DNA from: an uncultured Gemmatimonadaceae bacterium
GTDB lineage: Bacteria > Gemmatimonadota > Gemmatimonadetes > Gemmatimonadales > Gemmatimonadaceae
Length of the DNA stretch: 64,000 nucleotides
Assembly (NCBI GenBank): GCA_963829055.1
Contig: CAWHHI010000003.1
Span: 288,001 to 352,000, forward strand
Direction of reading: 5' to 3'
In this document: positions 22,076-32,816 of the stretch, piece by piece
How the letters are laid out: every line of letters begins with the position of its first letter
Numbering within the stretch: the stretch's first letter is position 1
Program-made: the position numbers and the translations under genes
The notes under the pieces: model-generated
Told to the model about the DNA's origin: nothing
Databases searched by the model: none
Seen by the model: only the letters and a program-made list of their open reading frames with translations

Positions 22076-23390
22076 TTAGGCGCCAGGCCCGAACGGATCC
22101 TCCAGCGACGGACTCTGCGGCGTCATGAGCTCCGCGCCGTCCGCCGTGATGATCATGTCATCCTCGAGCCGCACGCCGAACTCACCCGGGATGTAGATCC
22201 CCGGCTCATCGCTGAACGTCATGCCCGGCTCGAGCTTCTGCGTGTTGCCCTTCACGAGGTACGGCCACTCGTGGCCGTCCATGCCGATGCCGTGGCCGAC
22301 GCGATGCGTGAAGTACTTGTAGCCCGGGCCGAAACCGGCGTCGACGATGACCTTTCGCGCCGCGGCGTCCACCGCCTGACATTCGACGCCCGGGCGCGCG
22401 GCCTTGAGCGCCGCCGTCTGCGCCTGGTGCTCGATGTCGAACACCTTCTTCATCCGATCCGTCGCCTTGCCTAACACGAACGTGCGGCTGATAGTCGGAG
22501 TTGTAGCCCTCGACCTGGCAGCCGCCGTCGATGAGCAGGATCGTTCCCGGGCGGATCACCTGCGGCGTGACCGATCCGTGCGGGAGCGCGGAGTACTCGC
22601 CGACCTGCACGCCGGCATCACCGCGGTAGCCGAGTCGCTGGTGCGCGGCCGACGACGAAGCCGGCGAATTGATTCTGGGTCATGCCATCGGCGAGCGACT
22701 TCCACGCCGCCTCGTACGCCTTGAGCGTGACCGCGCTCGCGTGACGCATGAGCGCGAGCTCGGCGTCGGACTTCACGCCGCGACAACCGGCGGTGACGGG
22801 CGTGCCGCTCGTCAGGCGGAGCGTCGGGCAGCGCCTTCGCCACGTTGTCGGAGAAGACGAAGCGCACCGTCTCCTCGATGCCTAACGTGCCGGTCGCGAG
22901 CCCTCGCGACCGGAGGCCGTCGGCGATCAGCGCGGACGGGCTCTCGTCTTCCTCCCACGTGTGGACCTCGGTGCCCTTGTCGAGCGGACCCGTGCGCACC
23001 TGCTCCATCGCGCCGCTCTTCCTCGAACTTCGGGCAGACGATGAACGGCGTGCCTTTCACCGGAAGGATGAGCGCGAGCATGCGCTCGCTCAGGCCCCAG
23101 CGGATGTTCGTGAAGTACTCGCATCGACGTGCCGCCCGTGAGCATGAGCGCGTCGATCTCTGTTCTCCGCATGAGGCGCGTCGCCTTGTCGATGCGCGCG
23201 CGCCGCTCCTCGACCGTGATCGGCTTGACGCCCGCGGTCATCGGCTTGAGCGCGGCGATCGCCGGTGGCAGCGTGCCACCCTGATGCGGCCTCGTCCGTG
23301 AGCGACGGCGTCGGCGACGGTGGCGCGGGCGGCGGTGGCCGCACAGCGCGGCGGCGTGCTGGTGCCGAGGAAGGTGCGGCGGGTAGGCAT
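22076..23390 (-). CDS. Tat-exported M24 Xaa-Pro peptidase (frameshifted)
   Basis: PTRRTFL Tat motif; LIDGGC..GY.SD, HRVGHGIGMDGHE, EPGIY, GVRLED. Confidence 0.9.
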
Positions 23391-23498
23391 TCCGGCTCCG
23401 GAGGCAGGGTGCGTGTGAACGAACGACGTTGCCTCACCGCGCAGTCGGCGGGCAAGGGGCAGGCCGTGCGCTTCCCTTGCGCCGACCGTTGCCTCGGC

Positions 23499-23904
23499 CT
23501 ACTGCTTCGCGTAGCTCGAAGCTCCTGCGTGTAGCCGTCGATCTCGAGCGTGCCGGCGAGGTGCGTCGCGTCGGTCAGCGTGCCGGTGAACGACTCGCCC
23601 AGGCCGTAGTCACGCGTGATCGTCAGCGTCAGCGTCCTGCCCGACCGTCCCGTCGATCGTCGTCGGCCCTGCGCGTCCGGCTTCGATGCGCGTAGTGCCC
23701 CGTCCCGGTCACGTGCGAACCCGACCTGCTCAGCGTCATGGACTCGCGGTAGACCGGCCCGATGCCGGTCGTGCGCCCAGGTTCCGCGAGATGGCCTGGC
23801 TCGCCGGTGAGGCTGGGTCGTGAGTGTGTCGTCCTGGCGTCTGCGCACGAGGCAGCCATGATGGCGACGATCCGTGACGACCACATCTTCGAGCGTCTGC
23901 GCAT
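23499..23904 (-). CDS. Small exported beta-rich hypothetical protein (frameshifted)
   Basis: Reconstructed ...ESMTLS..GSHVTGTGHYAIEAGR...GRTLTLTITRDYGLGESFTGTLTDATHLAGTLEIDG. Confidence 0.5.
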
Positions 23905-24037
23905 TGATTCCGTCCGATGGAGCGTAGTCTCTTCGAGCTGTCGTACGCGAAGTCCTGACGCTCGCTGCTGCATCGGCCCAACCCGAACCCACTCGCGTCG
24001 TCACTGACTCACTGCAGACACTCACTCTCCTTCCGTC

Positions 24038-27000
24038 ATGCCCAACCCAGATCCGCTTTCCGTTCTCCGTCACGCTCGCGCTGCTCGTCCTCGGCTTCGG
24101 TCTCGCCGCATCGCCGCGCAGGGCTACGACCCATCGCTCTTCCAGGAGATGCGCTGGCGGATGATCGGACCGTTCCGCGCCAGTCGCACGAAGGCCGGCA
24201 CCGGCGTGCCGTCGCAGCCGAACGTGTTCTACATCGGCGTCGTGAACGGCGGCGTGTGGAAGACGACCGACTACGGCCGCACCTGGGACCCGATCTTCGA
24301 CGAGCAGGGCACCGGTTCGGTCGGCGCGATCGCCGTCGCACCGTCGGACCCGAACATCGTCTACGTCGGGAGCGGCGAGGGACTGCAGCGCCCCGACCTC
24401 TCCGTCGGCGACGGCATCTACAAGTCCACCGACGCCGGGAAGACGTGGACGCACCTCGGCCTTCGCGACGGACAGCAGATCCCGCAGATCATCATCGACC
24501 CGCGCGACCCCAACCGGCTGTTCGTCGCCGTGCTCGGCCATCCGTACGGGCCTAACGCGGAGCGCGGCATCTTCCGCTCGACCGACGGCGGCCGGACGTT
24601 CGAGAAGGTGCTGTACAAGGACGAGAACACCGGCGGCATCGACGTCGCGTTCGATCCGCAGAACGCGCAGACCATCTACGCCGTGCTGTGGGAAGCTCGT
24701 CAGGCGCCGTGGGAGAACGGCGCGTTCAGCGGGCCGGGCTCCGGAATGTTCAAGTCCACCGACGGCGGCACGACGTGGCGTCAGATCGGCCAGGGACTGC
24801 CGACGTTCGACCGGCGATGGACTCGGGCGCATCGGCATCGGCATTGCGCCGAGCCTGCCGAGTCGCGTGTTCGCGACGGTGGATGCGGCGCGGAACGGTG
24901 GGTTGTATCGGTCGGACGACGGCGGCGAGACGTTCACGCAGGCGACCGAGCGATGCGCGCGTCGTGTCGCGCGCGTCGGACTTCGCCGAAGTGAAGGTGA
25001 GTCCGAAGAATCCGGATATCGTGTTCACGGCGAGCGTCGTCGCGTGGAAGTCCACCGACGGCGGCAAGACCTTCTCGGCGCTACGCGGCGCGCCCGGCGG
25101 CGACGACTATCACCGATTCTGGATCAACCCCGACAACCCGGACATCATCCTGCTCGATCGCCGACCAGGGCGCGGTGATCACGCGTGAATGGCGGCAAGA
25201 CGTGGAGCAGCTGGTACAATCAGCCGACGGCGCAGATGTACCACGTGATCCACGGACAATGCGTTCCCGTACCGCGTCTGCAGCGGGCAGCAGGAGTCGG
25301 GCTCCGCGTGCGTGCTGAGTCGCAGCGACAACGGTCGCATCACGTTCATGGATTGGCATCCGGTGTCGGTGGAGGAGTACGGCTACGTCGCGCCGGACCC
25401 GCTCGACCCCGACATCGTGTACGGCGGCAAGGTGACGCGTTATGATCGCCGCACGGGTCAGGTGCAGAACGTGGCGCCGAAGCTGTCGCGGTCGCCCGAC
25501 TATCGCGCGCTGCGCACGGCGCCGCTGCTGTTCTCACCGGTGAATCCGCGGAAGCTGTACTTCGCGACGAACACCGTCTGGCAGACGACGAACGGCGGCC
25601 AGAGCTGGCAGGAGATCTCGCCGGACCTCACGCGCCGCGACTCCGTCGTGCCGCCTAACGTCGGCAAGTATTCCGGAGGAGCGCGGCGCGACAGCGCGGC
25701 ATCCGGGCGTGGTGTACACGCTCGCGCCGTCGTACGTGAAGGAGAACATCATGTGGGCCGGCAGCGACGACGGGTTGATCCACGTGACGTTCGACGGCGG
25801 CACGACGTGGAAGGACGTGACGCCACCGGCGCTCCGGACACGTCCGTGGAGCAAGATCTCGATCATGGACGCGTCGCACTTCGATACGCTCACGGCGTAC
25901 GCGGCGATCAACACGCTGCGTCTCGACGACATGCGTCCGCACCTCTACCGCACGCGCGATGGCGGAAAGACGTGGACGGAGATCGTCGCCGGCATCGACT
26001 CGGGCGCGATCACGAACGTCATCCGCGAGGACCCGAAGGCGCGCGGGCTGCTGTACGCCGGGAGCGACCGTCAGGTGTGGGTGTCGTTCGACGACGGCGA
26101 TCACTGGCAGTCGCTGCGGCTGAACATGCCGGCGCACGTCGATCCGCGATCTCGTGATCAAGGACGACGACGTGGTGATCGGCACGCATGGGCGGTCGTT
26201 CTGGATTCTGGATAACGTGACGCCGCTGCGACAACTCGGCAGCGGGACTGGGGACTGGGGACTAGCGGGAACTCGACGGGAAGCTGCCGGCGTCTAGCTT
26301 CCCGCAGTCCCGAGTCCCCAGTCCCCAGTCCCGCTTGTTCAGACCGCAAACAGCCACCCGAATCCGGTACAGCCAGTGGCCCGACACCCCACTCCCGCCG
26401 GACGAGCCCGCGGCGGAGAATCCGCCGGACGGCGCGATGATCGACTACGTCATCGGCACCGGCGGCGCCGGCGGGAAGCCGGTGACGCTCGAGATCCTCG
26501 ACGGCACGACGGCTCGTTAGGCGGTACGCGAGCACCGACACCGCCATGGCGCCCGCCGACATCGGCAACGTCCCGCGCTACTGGATCCGCCCCACGCAGG
26601 TGCTGTCGGCCGAGCCGGGCATGCACCGGTTCGTCTGGGACCTGCGCTACCCGGCGCCCGGCGTCCTCAACGTCCAGTACCCGATCTCGGCCACGCCTAA
26701 CAACACGCCGCGCGAGCCGCGTGGACCGTGGGTCGTGCCAGGCACGTACACGGTTCGCCTCACGGTGAATGGCCAGACATACACGCAGCCGCTCACCGTG
26801 CGCATGGACCCGCGCGTGAAGGCGTCCGCCGCGACGCTCGCGCGGCAGTTCGCACTGTCGAAGGGCGTCTACGACGACATCAACCGCACGCGAGGCGTGC
26901 TCGACGAGCTCCGCACGCTGCGCGCGAACCTCCGCGAGCTTCGAGGACGCGCGACCGGCGACTCACGGCCGCGCTCGATTCGATCGATCGTGCCGCCGCC

Positions 27001-27272
27001 GCGCTCGAGGGCGCTGGAGGTGGGTTCGGAGCGGAGGGGGAGGCGGTCGCGCGAGCAGGCTCACCGACGCTGACCGGAACCATCGGCGAGCTCGGCCAGC
27101 TGTACGACGCACTGCAGGAAGCCGACGTCGCAGCCGACGACGCAGCTCGTCGCGGCGGTCCAGGACGGCACAGCGCCAGGTGCCGCGCACTCTCGCTCGC
27201 TGGGACACCCTCCGGACCCGCGCGGTCCCGGCGCTCGGCACGCAGCTCCGGCCGCTCGGCCCGCCGAAGTGA
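24038..27272 (+). CDS. BNR/VPS10-repeat glycosyl hydrolase-like secreted protein (frameshifted)
   Basis: WRMIGPFRASR, repeated KSTDGG.TW Asp-boxes, GGDDYHRFWINP, WYNQPTAQMYHV, THGRSFWILD, GMHRFVWDLRY. Confidence 0.9.
26241..26335. repeat. Intragenic (GGGACTG)n palindrome
   Basis: Perfect 23-bp inverted repeat 26241-26263/26313-26335 inside the BNR gene. Confidence 0.9.
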
Positions 27273-27354
27273 CCGGAGCTAGGCGATGCGCAGGCGGTTC
27301 AGCGACGTCAGACCCGACGCACGCTCACTTCAACGATTCGCCGGAGCGACGACC

Positions 27355-27531
27355 ATGGCACGGAAGCCAATGGCAGCGGCGGTGGTCGGGACCCTTCTGA
27401 TGGTCGTGTGCGATGACGGCGCGGTCTACGAGCTCGACCCGAACGGCGCATGGGTCGAGCGCGCGCCGGTGCCCGGCACGCCCGCGGCACATGCGGACGA
27501 GATCCGGCGACCAGGAGCCGCGATTCGACTG
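27355..27531 (+). CDS. Small hypothetical protein (stop probably frameshifted)
   Basis: GGAG RBS; MARKPMAAAVVGTLLMVVCDDGAVYELDPNGAWVERAPVPGT. Confidence 0.5.
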
Positions 27532-27594
27532 AGCTCCGAGCGACCGGGGGAGGCATGGCCCAAGCTGGCCCGGCGACGTATAGTCATTCCACCT

Positions 27595-27897
27595 ATGCCG
27601 TGCCTGCTCGTCGTCCTCGCGCTCGCTACGCCGCGTCTCGTGATCGCGGTGCTGTGCTTTTTCACGACGTGGTTCAAGGGCCTGTTCGACACGCCGCTCT
27701 GGCCCATCCTCGGCTTCGTTTTCCTGCCGACGAGCTTTCTCTGGTTCACCGCGGTGCAACACTGGTTCGGTGGGCAGTGGACGCTGTGGCCGATCGTCGG
27801 ACTCGTCGTCGCACTCATGATCGACATCTCGCCGGCGGGCGGGCGGCGAAAGAAGTCGTTGAAGATCCACCGCGTGACACGTCACGCCATTCTCTAG
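27595..27897 (+). CDS. Small membrane protein
   Basis: MPCLLVVLALATPRLVI...LWPILGFVFLPT; three hydrophobic helices. Confidence 0.75.
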   Translation: MPCLLVVLALATPRLVIAVLCFFTTWFKGLFDTPLWPILGFVFLPTSFLWFTAVQHWFGGQWTLWPIVGLVVALMIDISPAGGRRKKSLKIHRVTRHAIL

Positions 27898-27911
27898 GAT
27901 GATGAACGACT

Positions 27912-28519
27912 ATGAAAATTCCGCTGATCGGTGCCTGCGCCGGTGCTGCGTGCGCTATCGCTTCCTTGGCGGCGCAGAAGTCCGGCGCAGGAGCAGATCC
28001 TGCCACCGGCGAAGCAGATCGCAGGCGGCGATCGCCGCGGCTCCGGCGGAGCTGCGCGATGGCGCGCGGCGTGTGGGGATACGACGCGAGCAAGAAGCTC
28101 GTGAAGCTGCGCGAGGGGACGAACGACATGATCTGCCTCGCGAGCAATCCGGACGGCGAGCAGTTCCACGTCGCGTGCTACCACAAGCTGCTCGAGCCCT
28201 TCATGGCGCGCGGTCGCGAGCTGCGCGCGCAGGGCGTGAAGGGACGATCAGGTGGACACGGTTCGCTTCAAGGAGATCAAGAGCGGCAAGCTCGCGATGC
28301 CGTCGGACGCCGTCAGCGCTGTACACGCTGACGGGTCCGCCGACCAGCTTCGATGCGGCACGGAAGGTGACGGGCGCGAAGTGGCTCTACGTCGTGTACA
28401 TCCCGGGCGCGACGATCGAGAAGTCGACGGGGATCACGGAGAAGCCGGCGGCGGGGGTGCCGTGGATCATGTACCCGGGGACGCCGAAGGCGCACATCAT
28501 GTTTTTCACCGGGATGTAG
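27912..28519 (+). CDS. Secreted hypothetical protein (frameshifted)
   Basis: Signal peptide; AAPAELRDGA, LREGTNDMICLA, VACYH..LEPFMARGRELRA, PWIMYPGTPKAHIM. Confidence 0.75.
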
Positions 28520-28643
28520 GATTACCGTAACGCGTTACCCGCTCGCCTCACGTTTGCGCTGTGTCGAATCTGTGCCGGGTCCCGTTGGCTTCGGGCGCGA
28601 TCCGGGACGCTCAACCGCGGAACTATTTCATTTTCGCGCCACG

Positions 28644-28907
28644 ATGGCCATGCTCGTCAACCCAAGCGAAAGCGGGAGCGGTAACGTGGCGGAAACCGTT
28701 GCCGCGGGTATCGCGTGCGGCAGCTGCGGCACCATCCTCCCGGCGGAGTGGGCGAGTGAGCCGCGCGACCAGCGCTCTCCCTGCCCCAAGTGTCGTGGCA
28801 CCCAGCGTCGGACGGCGTTCGCAAAGAGCGCAACAAGCGCCGAGCCCCAGCGCCCGCCCGGCCTACTCGGGTGGATCGGGAAACTGATACGGCGGGGGCG
28901 GGGATGA
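28644..28907 (+). CDS. Small zinc-ribbon protein with amphipathic C-terminal tail
   Basis: CGSC...CPKC; ends PQRPPGLLGWIGKLIRRGRG*. Confidence 0.6.
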   Translation: MAMLVNPSESGSGNVAETVAAGIACGSCGTILPAEWASEPRDQRSPCPKCRGTQRRTAFAKSATSAEPQRPPGLLGWIGKLIRRGRG

Positions 28908-29127
28908 CGCGCGCGCCAGCCGGACCCTAATAAAGCGCGACGCCATCGTGCTGGCCGTCTTCTTATTCGACGTATGGGCCGTCGATCTCGCGCTCAGTAA
29001 GCGGAACTGTCGCCGCGAGGGCGGCACGCCTGTCGTGAGCGATGCCGCGGTGGTTTGCCTCCGACCGGGTGGTGTGCCTAACGGGTTCGTGCCGGCGGTG
29101 CCTACCGCCAAGCGGGGGCGGGGATGA
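28904..29127 (+). CDS. Small single-TM hypothetical protein (needs one indel near 5' end)
   Basis: ATG inside the junction repeat; frame LIKRDAIVLAVFLFDVWAVDLALSKRNCRREGG...CLRP...AKRGRG*. Confidence 0.45.
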
Positions 29128-29651
29128 GAATTTGGGCCGTGCTCGGCGCGACATTGGCGATCGCCTGCGCGGATGGCGCAACGGCTCCGGGCGACGTACG
29201 CGGCACGTTTCGAGTTACCGTCAGCAACGCTATCGCGCGCGACGTCTCCGGAGTGGCGAGGTACTTCGTCTTCAGTGAAGGGGCGTCCTCGACGTATCGA
29301 ATCGAGTTGGCGGAGACGAGCGCCGTTAACGGGTTTTGGCTCACGATTGCGGGCGACGGCGCCCGCCCGCCCGTGGGCACGCACGCGATTATGCCCGGAC
29401 CAGGCGCGTCCCCGCAGGCGCCGACGGTGATCGCCGCGGCGTGTGCGGACCGCTCCCAGCGCTGCTTTCCCGCTTGGAGGGTAGCGTCGTCGAGCGGCGG
29501 CGCGGGCCGGCTGGAGATCGCCCGGTCGGCGGCGGGCGGTTTAGCCGGTAGCCTCGAGGTCGACCTGCTCGGCGAGGGAGATTTCTCCGGCGAGACGCTT
29601 CATGTATCGGCAAAGTTCAACGCGGCCTGCGAGCCGCCGGCGTCGTGCTGA
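29124..29651 (+). CDS. Hypothetical lipoprotein
   Basis: MRIWAVLGATLAIAC lipobox; beta-rich body; starts inside the junction repeat. Confidence 0.75.
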   Translation: MRIWAVLGATLAIACADGATAPGDVRGTFRVTVSNAIARDVSGVARYFVFSEGASSTYRIELAETSAVNGFWLTIAGDGARPPVGTHAIMPGPGASPQAPTVIAAACADRSQRCFPAWRVASSSGGAGRLEIARSAAGGLAGSLEVDLLGEGDFSGETLHVSAKFNAACEPPASC

Positions 29652-29732
29652 ACTTCTCGGAACCGAGCGCCGAACCCCAGCGCCCGCGCGGCTTATTGCG
29701 TGGATCGCGAGATTTATGCGGCGGGGGAGCGG

Positions 29733-29957
29733 ATGACACACCCGTTCACCGCGCCTAACGGCACCGTGTTCTACCATAACGCGGGCTACTCTGGCGACAT
29801 GCATATCGTGCCCGCGGTCGGTGAGCCGTCTGTCGAAGTGCCGATCGACGACCTAGTGGCCTTCGTCGCGCACCTCGTGACCGACCGGCGCATCGATGGG
29901 ATGCGCGCCGACATCGAGCTCGGCGAGCTGCTCGAGCGGAAGCGGGGGCGGGGATGA
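29733..29957 (+). CDS. Small hypothetical protein
   Basis: MTHPFTAPNGTVFYHNAGYSGDMHIV...VEVPIDDLVAFVA...KRGRG*; both ends lie in junction repeats. Confidence 0.6.
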   Translation: MTHPFTAPNGTVFYHNAGYSGDMHIVPAVGEPSVEVPIDDLVAFVAHLVTDRRIDGMRADIELGELLERKRGRG

Positions 29958-30616
29958 CCAGTTCGTGGCGCGTGCGCCGCGGCGCCTCACTGCTCGCCGT
30001 GCTCGCCGGGGTCGTCACGCTCGCGACGTTCGCATGGCAGCCGGCCGCGGCGACCCGCAGCACGGCCCGCACACATCGTCAATGGCACAACAAGCCGGGA
30101 TGGGCCCCGCCGCTGTTCCGGGAGCCGGTTCAGGGTGTGAAGGTCGCCGGGCAATGCACGTTTCCGACCTACGACGAGGTTGCCCGGAAGCACCCCGAGC
30201 TCGCGGCAACAATCGGCGAGGACGACACGGAGACGTGCGCGGGCGTCATGTACTTCGGCGACTGGGCCGGAGAGCTCGAGCGGCTCGAGAGAAGTGCGAT
30301 CGAGAACGGGGCGCGCACGGACACAGTTCGCGCCGCGAGGCTCGACAGGTAGCGCGCCAGCGTGCGGCTACTCGCAAGGCCGAGCGATTGAAGCAATACC
30401 GAGCGCTAAGCCGGTCAGAGGGCGACATCGCCACCATCATGGCCGGCAAGATTCGCCTCGGATTTACAGCTCGCCAAGTTCGTGAGTCAATTGGCCGGCC
30501 TGAGCGGATCAACACGACAATCACCGGAAGCGGCACGCACGAGCAGTGGGTTTACGGAGACAACTACGTCTATGGTCGACAACGGGATTGTCACCTCAAT
30601 TCAGACCAGCCGTTGA
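29954..30616 (+). CDS. Exported protein with C-terminal SmpA/BamE- or DUF2845-like domain (frameshifted)
   Basis: Signal peptide; KIRLGFTARQVRESIGRPERINTTIT.SGTHEQWVY..NYVY..NGIVTSIQ. Confidence 0.65.
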
Positions 30617-30991
30617 GAGCGCGCGTCGGTACCAGAGGTTAAGGGATTCAGTCGACACACAGCTCGTTCTTTATCCGCAAGCCGACACCCCTGGTCCGCG
30701 GCCAGCCTAACGATGCGCGAACGTTCTCCACCGGCGGCGCGATCTTCTGCGGGTTCGCATGGCGGCCGAAGGCATGAGCGCGCACGAGATGCGACCTCCT
30801 CATGCGCGGCCGGCCGCGGGAGCGGAAGTAACAAGAGACGATCGCCCGTCTACGGTCCGGGTCCCGACATTCGATGGGTCACACCTGACGTTAGGCGTGG
30901 CGGTTCTGTAGCGGCGGCTGGTACCCGGCCGCGTCTTCCCGCAGCAGTTCGATTGCCTACGAGCGCCACTCGTCGCGCTCGCAGGCTCGGC

Positions 30992-32116
30992 CTATTCGCC
31001 TTCCACACGGATGCGCGCCAAACCCGACGCGCTGCCGCTCGTCGCCGTGACGGTCACGTTCCCCTGCCGCTCTCCACGCACTCGACCGTCACTGTCCACG
31101 GTCGCAACCCGCGTGTCGCTGCTCGTCCACGTCACCTCCGCCCCCGGGATGACGTTGCCGCGCGTGTCGTATACCGTCGCGGTCAGGCGGAACGAGCCGC
31201 CCACCGCGATGGTAGCGGCCGCCGGCGTGACATCCACGCGCTGGACTGTCGGAGGCGTCACGGTGACCTGCGCAGTACCGCTTCGCCCTTCGCTCGACGC
31301 CGTGATCGTGGCCGTGCCTGCACCCACAGCGATCACGAGCCCCGACGAGGAGACGGTCGCGACCTGCGGCGCATTCGATGACCACGCCACCACGCGGCCA
31401 GGGAGCGGCTGACCGGACGCGGTGCGCGGCTCCGCCTCGAATGCGATAGTCTGCCCAACGACCAGCGACGCCGAGGTCGGGGTCACGGCCACGGTCGCGA
31501 TGGGGGCGGGCGAGACCGTGACAGCCGCAACCCCGCTCTTCCCTTCGGCGGCCGCAGTGATGACCGCACTGCCGGGGGCGATCGCCGTGACCACACCGCT
31601 CGCGCTCACGGTCGCGACGGTAGGGCGGCTCGTCGTCCACGCGACCGGCCGACCGGTGAGCACGGCGCCTCGTCCGTCGAGCGTCTCCGCCGTGAGCGTC
31701 GTGCTTTCGCCGACCGTGAGATCGCGGCTCGCCGGTGACACGCGGACCGTGGCTACCGGGATCGGGATGACGATGACCTGGGCGGTCGCGGTCTTCCCCT
31801 CGATGCTCGCCGCAACGGGAACTGTCCCGACGTACCTGCCCGTCACGACGCCGGCGTCGGTTATGGTCGCGAAGTTGGAATCGGCGGTCGCCCAGCGCAC
31901 CTTCCGCCCCGTGACCACGTTCCCGGCGGCATCAAGCACGGTGGCGGTGAGCGACACAGTCGCCCCAATCGTAACAGTCACCGTCGGGGGAGCGACCTCG
32001 ACTGTGGCGACCGCTTCGCCGCTGGGATGCAGCGTGTCATCGACGCACGCGGAGCCCGCTGCGGCAATCGACGCGGCCACTGCCCACCGCATCCACGTCA
32101 GTTGTAAGCGTCTCAT
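30992..32116 (-). CDS. Lipoprotein with four Big_2 Ig-like domains
   Basis: AAAGSAC lipobox; four repeats of V.V.P....L.VG...L.A...D..G...GR.V.W.SS...VATV...G.V. Confidence 0.9.
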   Translation of the reverse strand: MRRLQLTWMRWAVAASIAAAGSACVDDTLHPSGEAVATVEVAPPTVTVTIGATVSLTATVLDAAGNVVTGRKVRWATADSNFATITDAGVVTGRYVGTVPVAASIEGKTATAQVIVIPIPVATVRVSPASRDLTVGESTTLTAETLDGRGAVLTGRPVAWTTSRPTVATVSASGVVTAIAPGSAVITAAAEGKSGVAAVTVSPAPIATVAVTPTSASLVVGQTIAFEAEPRTASGQPLPGRVVAWSSNAPQVATVSSSGLVIAVGAGTATITASSEGRSGTAQVTVTPPTVQRVDVTPAAATIAVGGSFRLTATVYDTRGNVIPGAEVTWTSSDTRVATVDSDGRVRGERQGNVTVTATSGSASGLARIRVEGE

Positions 32117-32388
32117 ATCGAAGTCGCAGGCTGCACGAGTAGAACCTTCGTGGCAGTCGCTCCGGACGCAAGCGTCAAGATCGCTCCCATGGCCCGCCGT
32201 GCGGGGCGCCGACAGCGGCCCGCGCCCGTCGCCGGCTCAGACGGTGCCGTAGCGACGCACGTAGGCAGAACGCATCCCGGCCGATTGCCCTGACGGAGGC
32301 TCCGCCCGCCTAACGCGTTCCCAGCCGGCGGGTCGAGCATGTCTTTCCGAGTCCTTCGACTGCGCTCAGGGGAGGCACGTCGGGGACA

Positions 32389-32640
32389 TCAGGGATCCGA
32401 CGCGTCGAACAACCGGTGAAGTGTCTGCTGTCCGCGCCAATCCATCGGACCGCCGACCCAGCGCGCGAAGCGCTCCTCGCCCTCGCGCTCGAACCGGATC
32501 ACGAGGCACAGGTTAGGACCGTCGATCGACGGCGACACGACCTTGAACTCGGCCACCTCGGAAGCGCGCCACACGCGGCCGTGGCGATCGCGGTACTCGA
32601 TCGGGCGGCGGAGCCGTTCGCGGGATACGGGACCGGGCAT
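32389..32640 (-). CDS. Small hypothetical protein
   Basis: YRDRHGRVWRASEV...CLVIRFEREGEERFARW...LHRLF; GCAGG upstream. Confidence 0.55.
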   Translation of the reverse strand: MPGPVSRERLRRPIEYRDRHGRVWRASEVAEFKVVSPSIDGPNLCLVIRFEREGEERFARWVGGPMDWRGQQTLHRLFDASDP

Positions 32641-32816
32641 GCTACACCGACCTGCAAGCGGGATGCCCGCGTCTCCACCGCGGGCCACGCGTATAATAAC
32701 ACAACGCCCCCGTGGGGTCCCGGGGGCGTTGGCACTCCACTCCACCGAGTCTGTATCGGAGGAGCATCCGTAGTATGCACGCCCAGCGCGCGTTTGGGTA
32801 CTCGGGGTAACCCCAG

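Larger units (their letters stand above)
28892..29957 (+). repeat. 16-bp junction repeat GCGGGGGCGGGGATGA (3 exact, 1 degenerate)
   Basis: Exact at 28892-28907, 29112-29127 and 29942-29957; 14/16 match at 29721-29736. Confidence 0.9.

Noticed and set aside
23090..24937. Long antisense or alternate-frame ORFs (also 9101-10360, 31422-32252, 54846-56543 and others)
   Set aside because: They shadow well-supported genes in GC-rich DNA, are Arg/Ala/Pro-rich and carry no recognisable motifs.
12318..27272. Programmed frameshifting or mass pseudogenisation
   Set aside because: There are many indels per gene at non-slippery sites while motifs and codon usage are intact, which is better explained by sequencing error.
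28892..29957. CRISPR array from the 16-bp repeats
   Set aside because: Repeats are too short, spacing is irregular (220-610 bp), the spacers are genes, and no cas genes are present.
30705..30896. GCCTAAC...GTTAGGC pair as an integron attC site
   Set aside because: The span (~190 bp) exceeds typical attC length, there is no L-box dyad or intI gene, and the heptamer occurs throughout the window including mid-gene.
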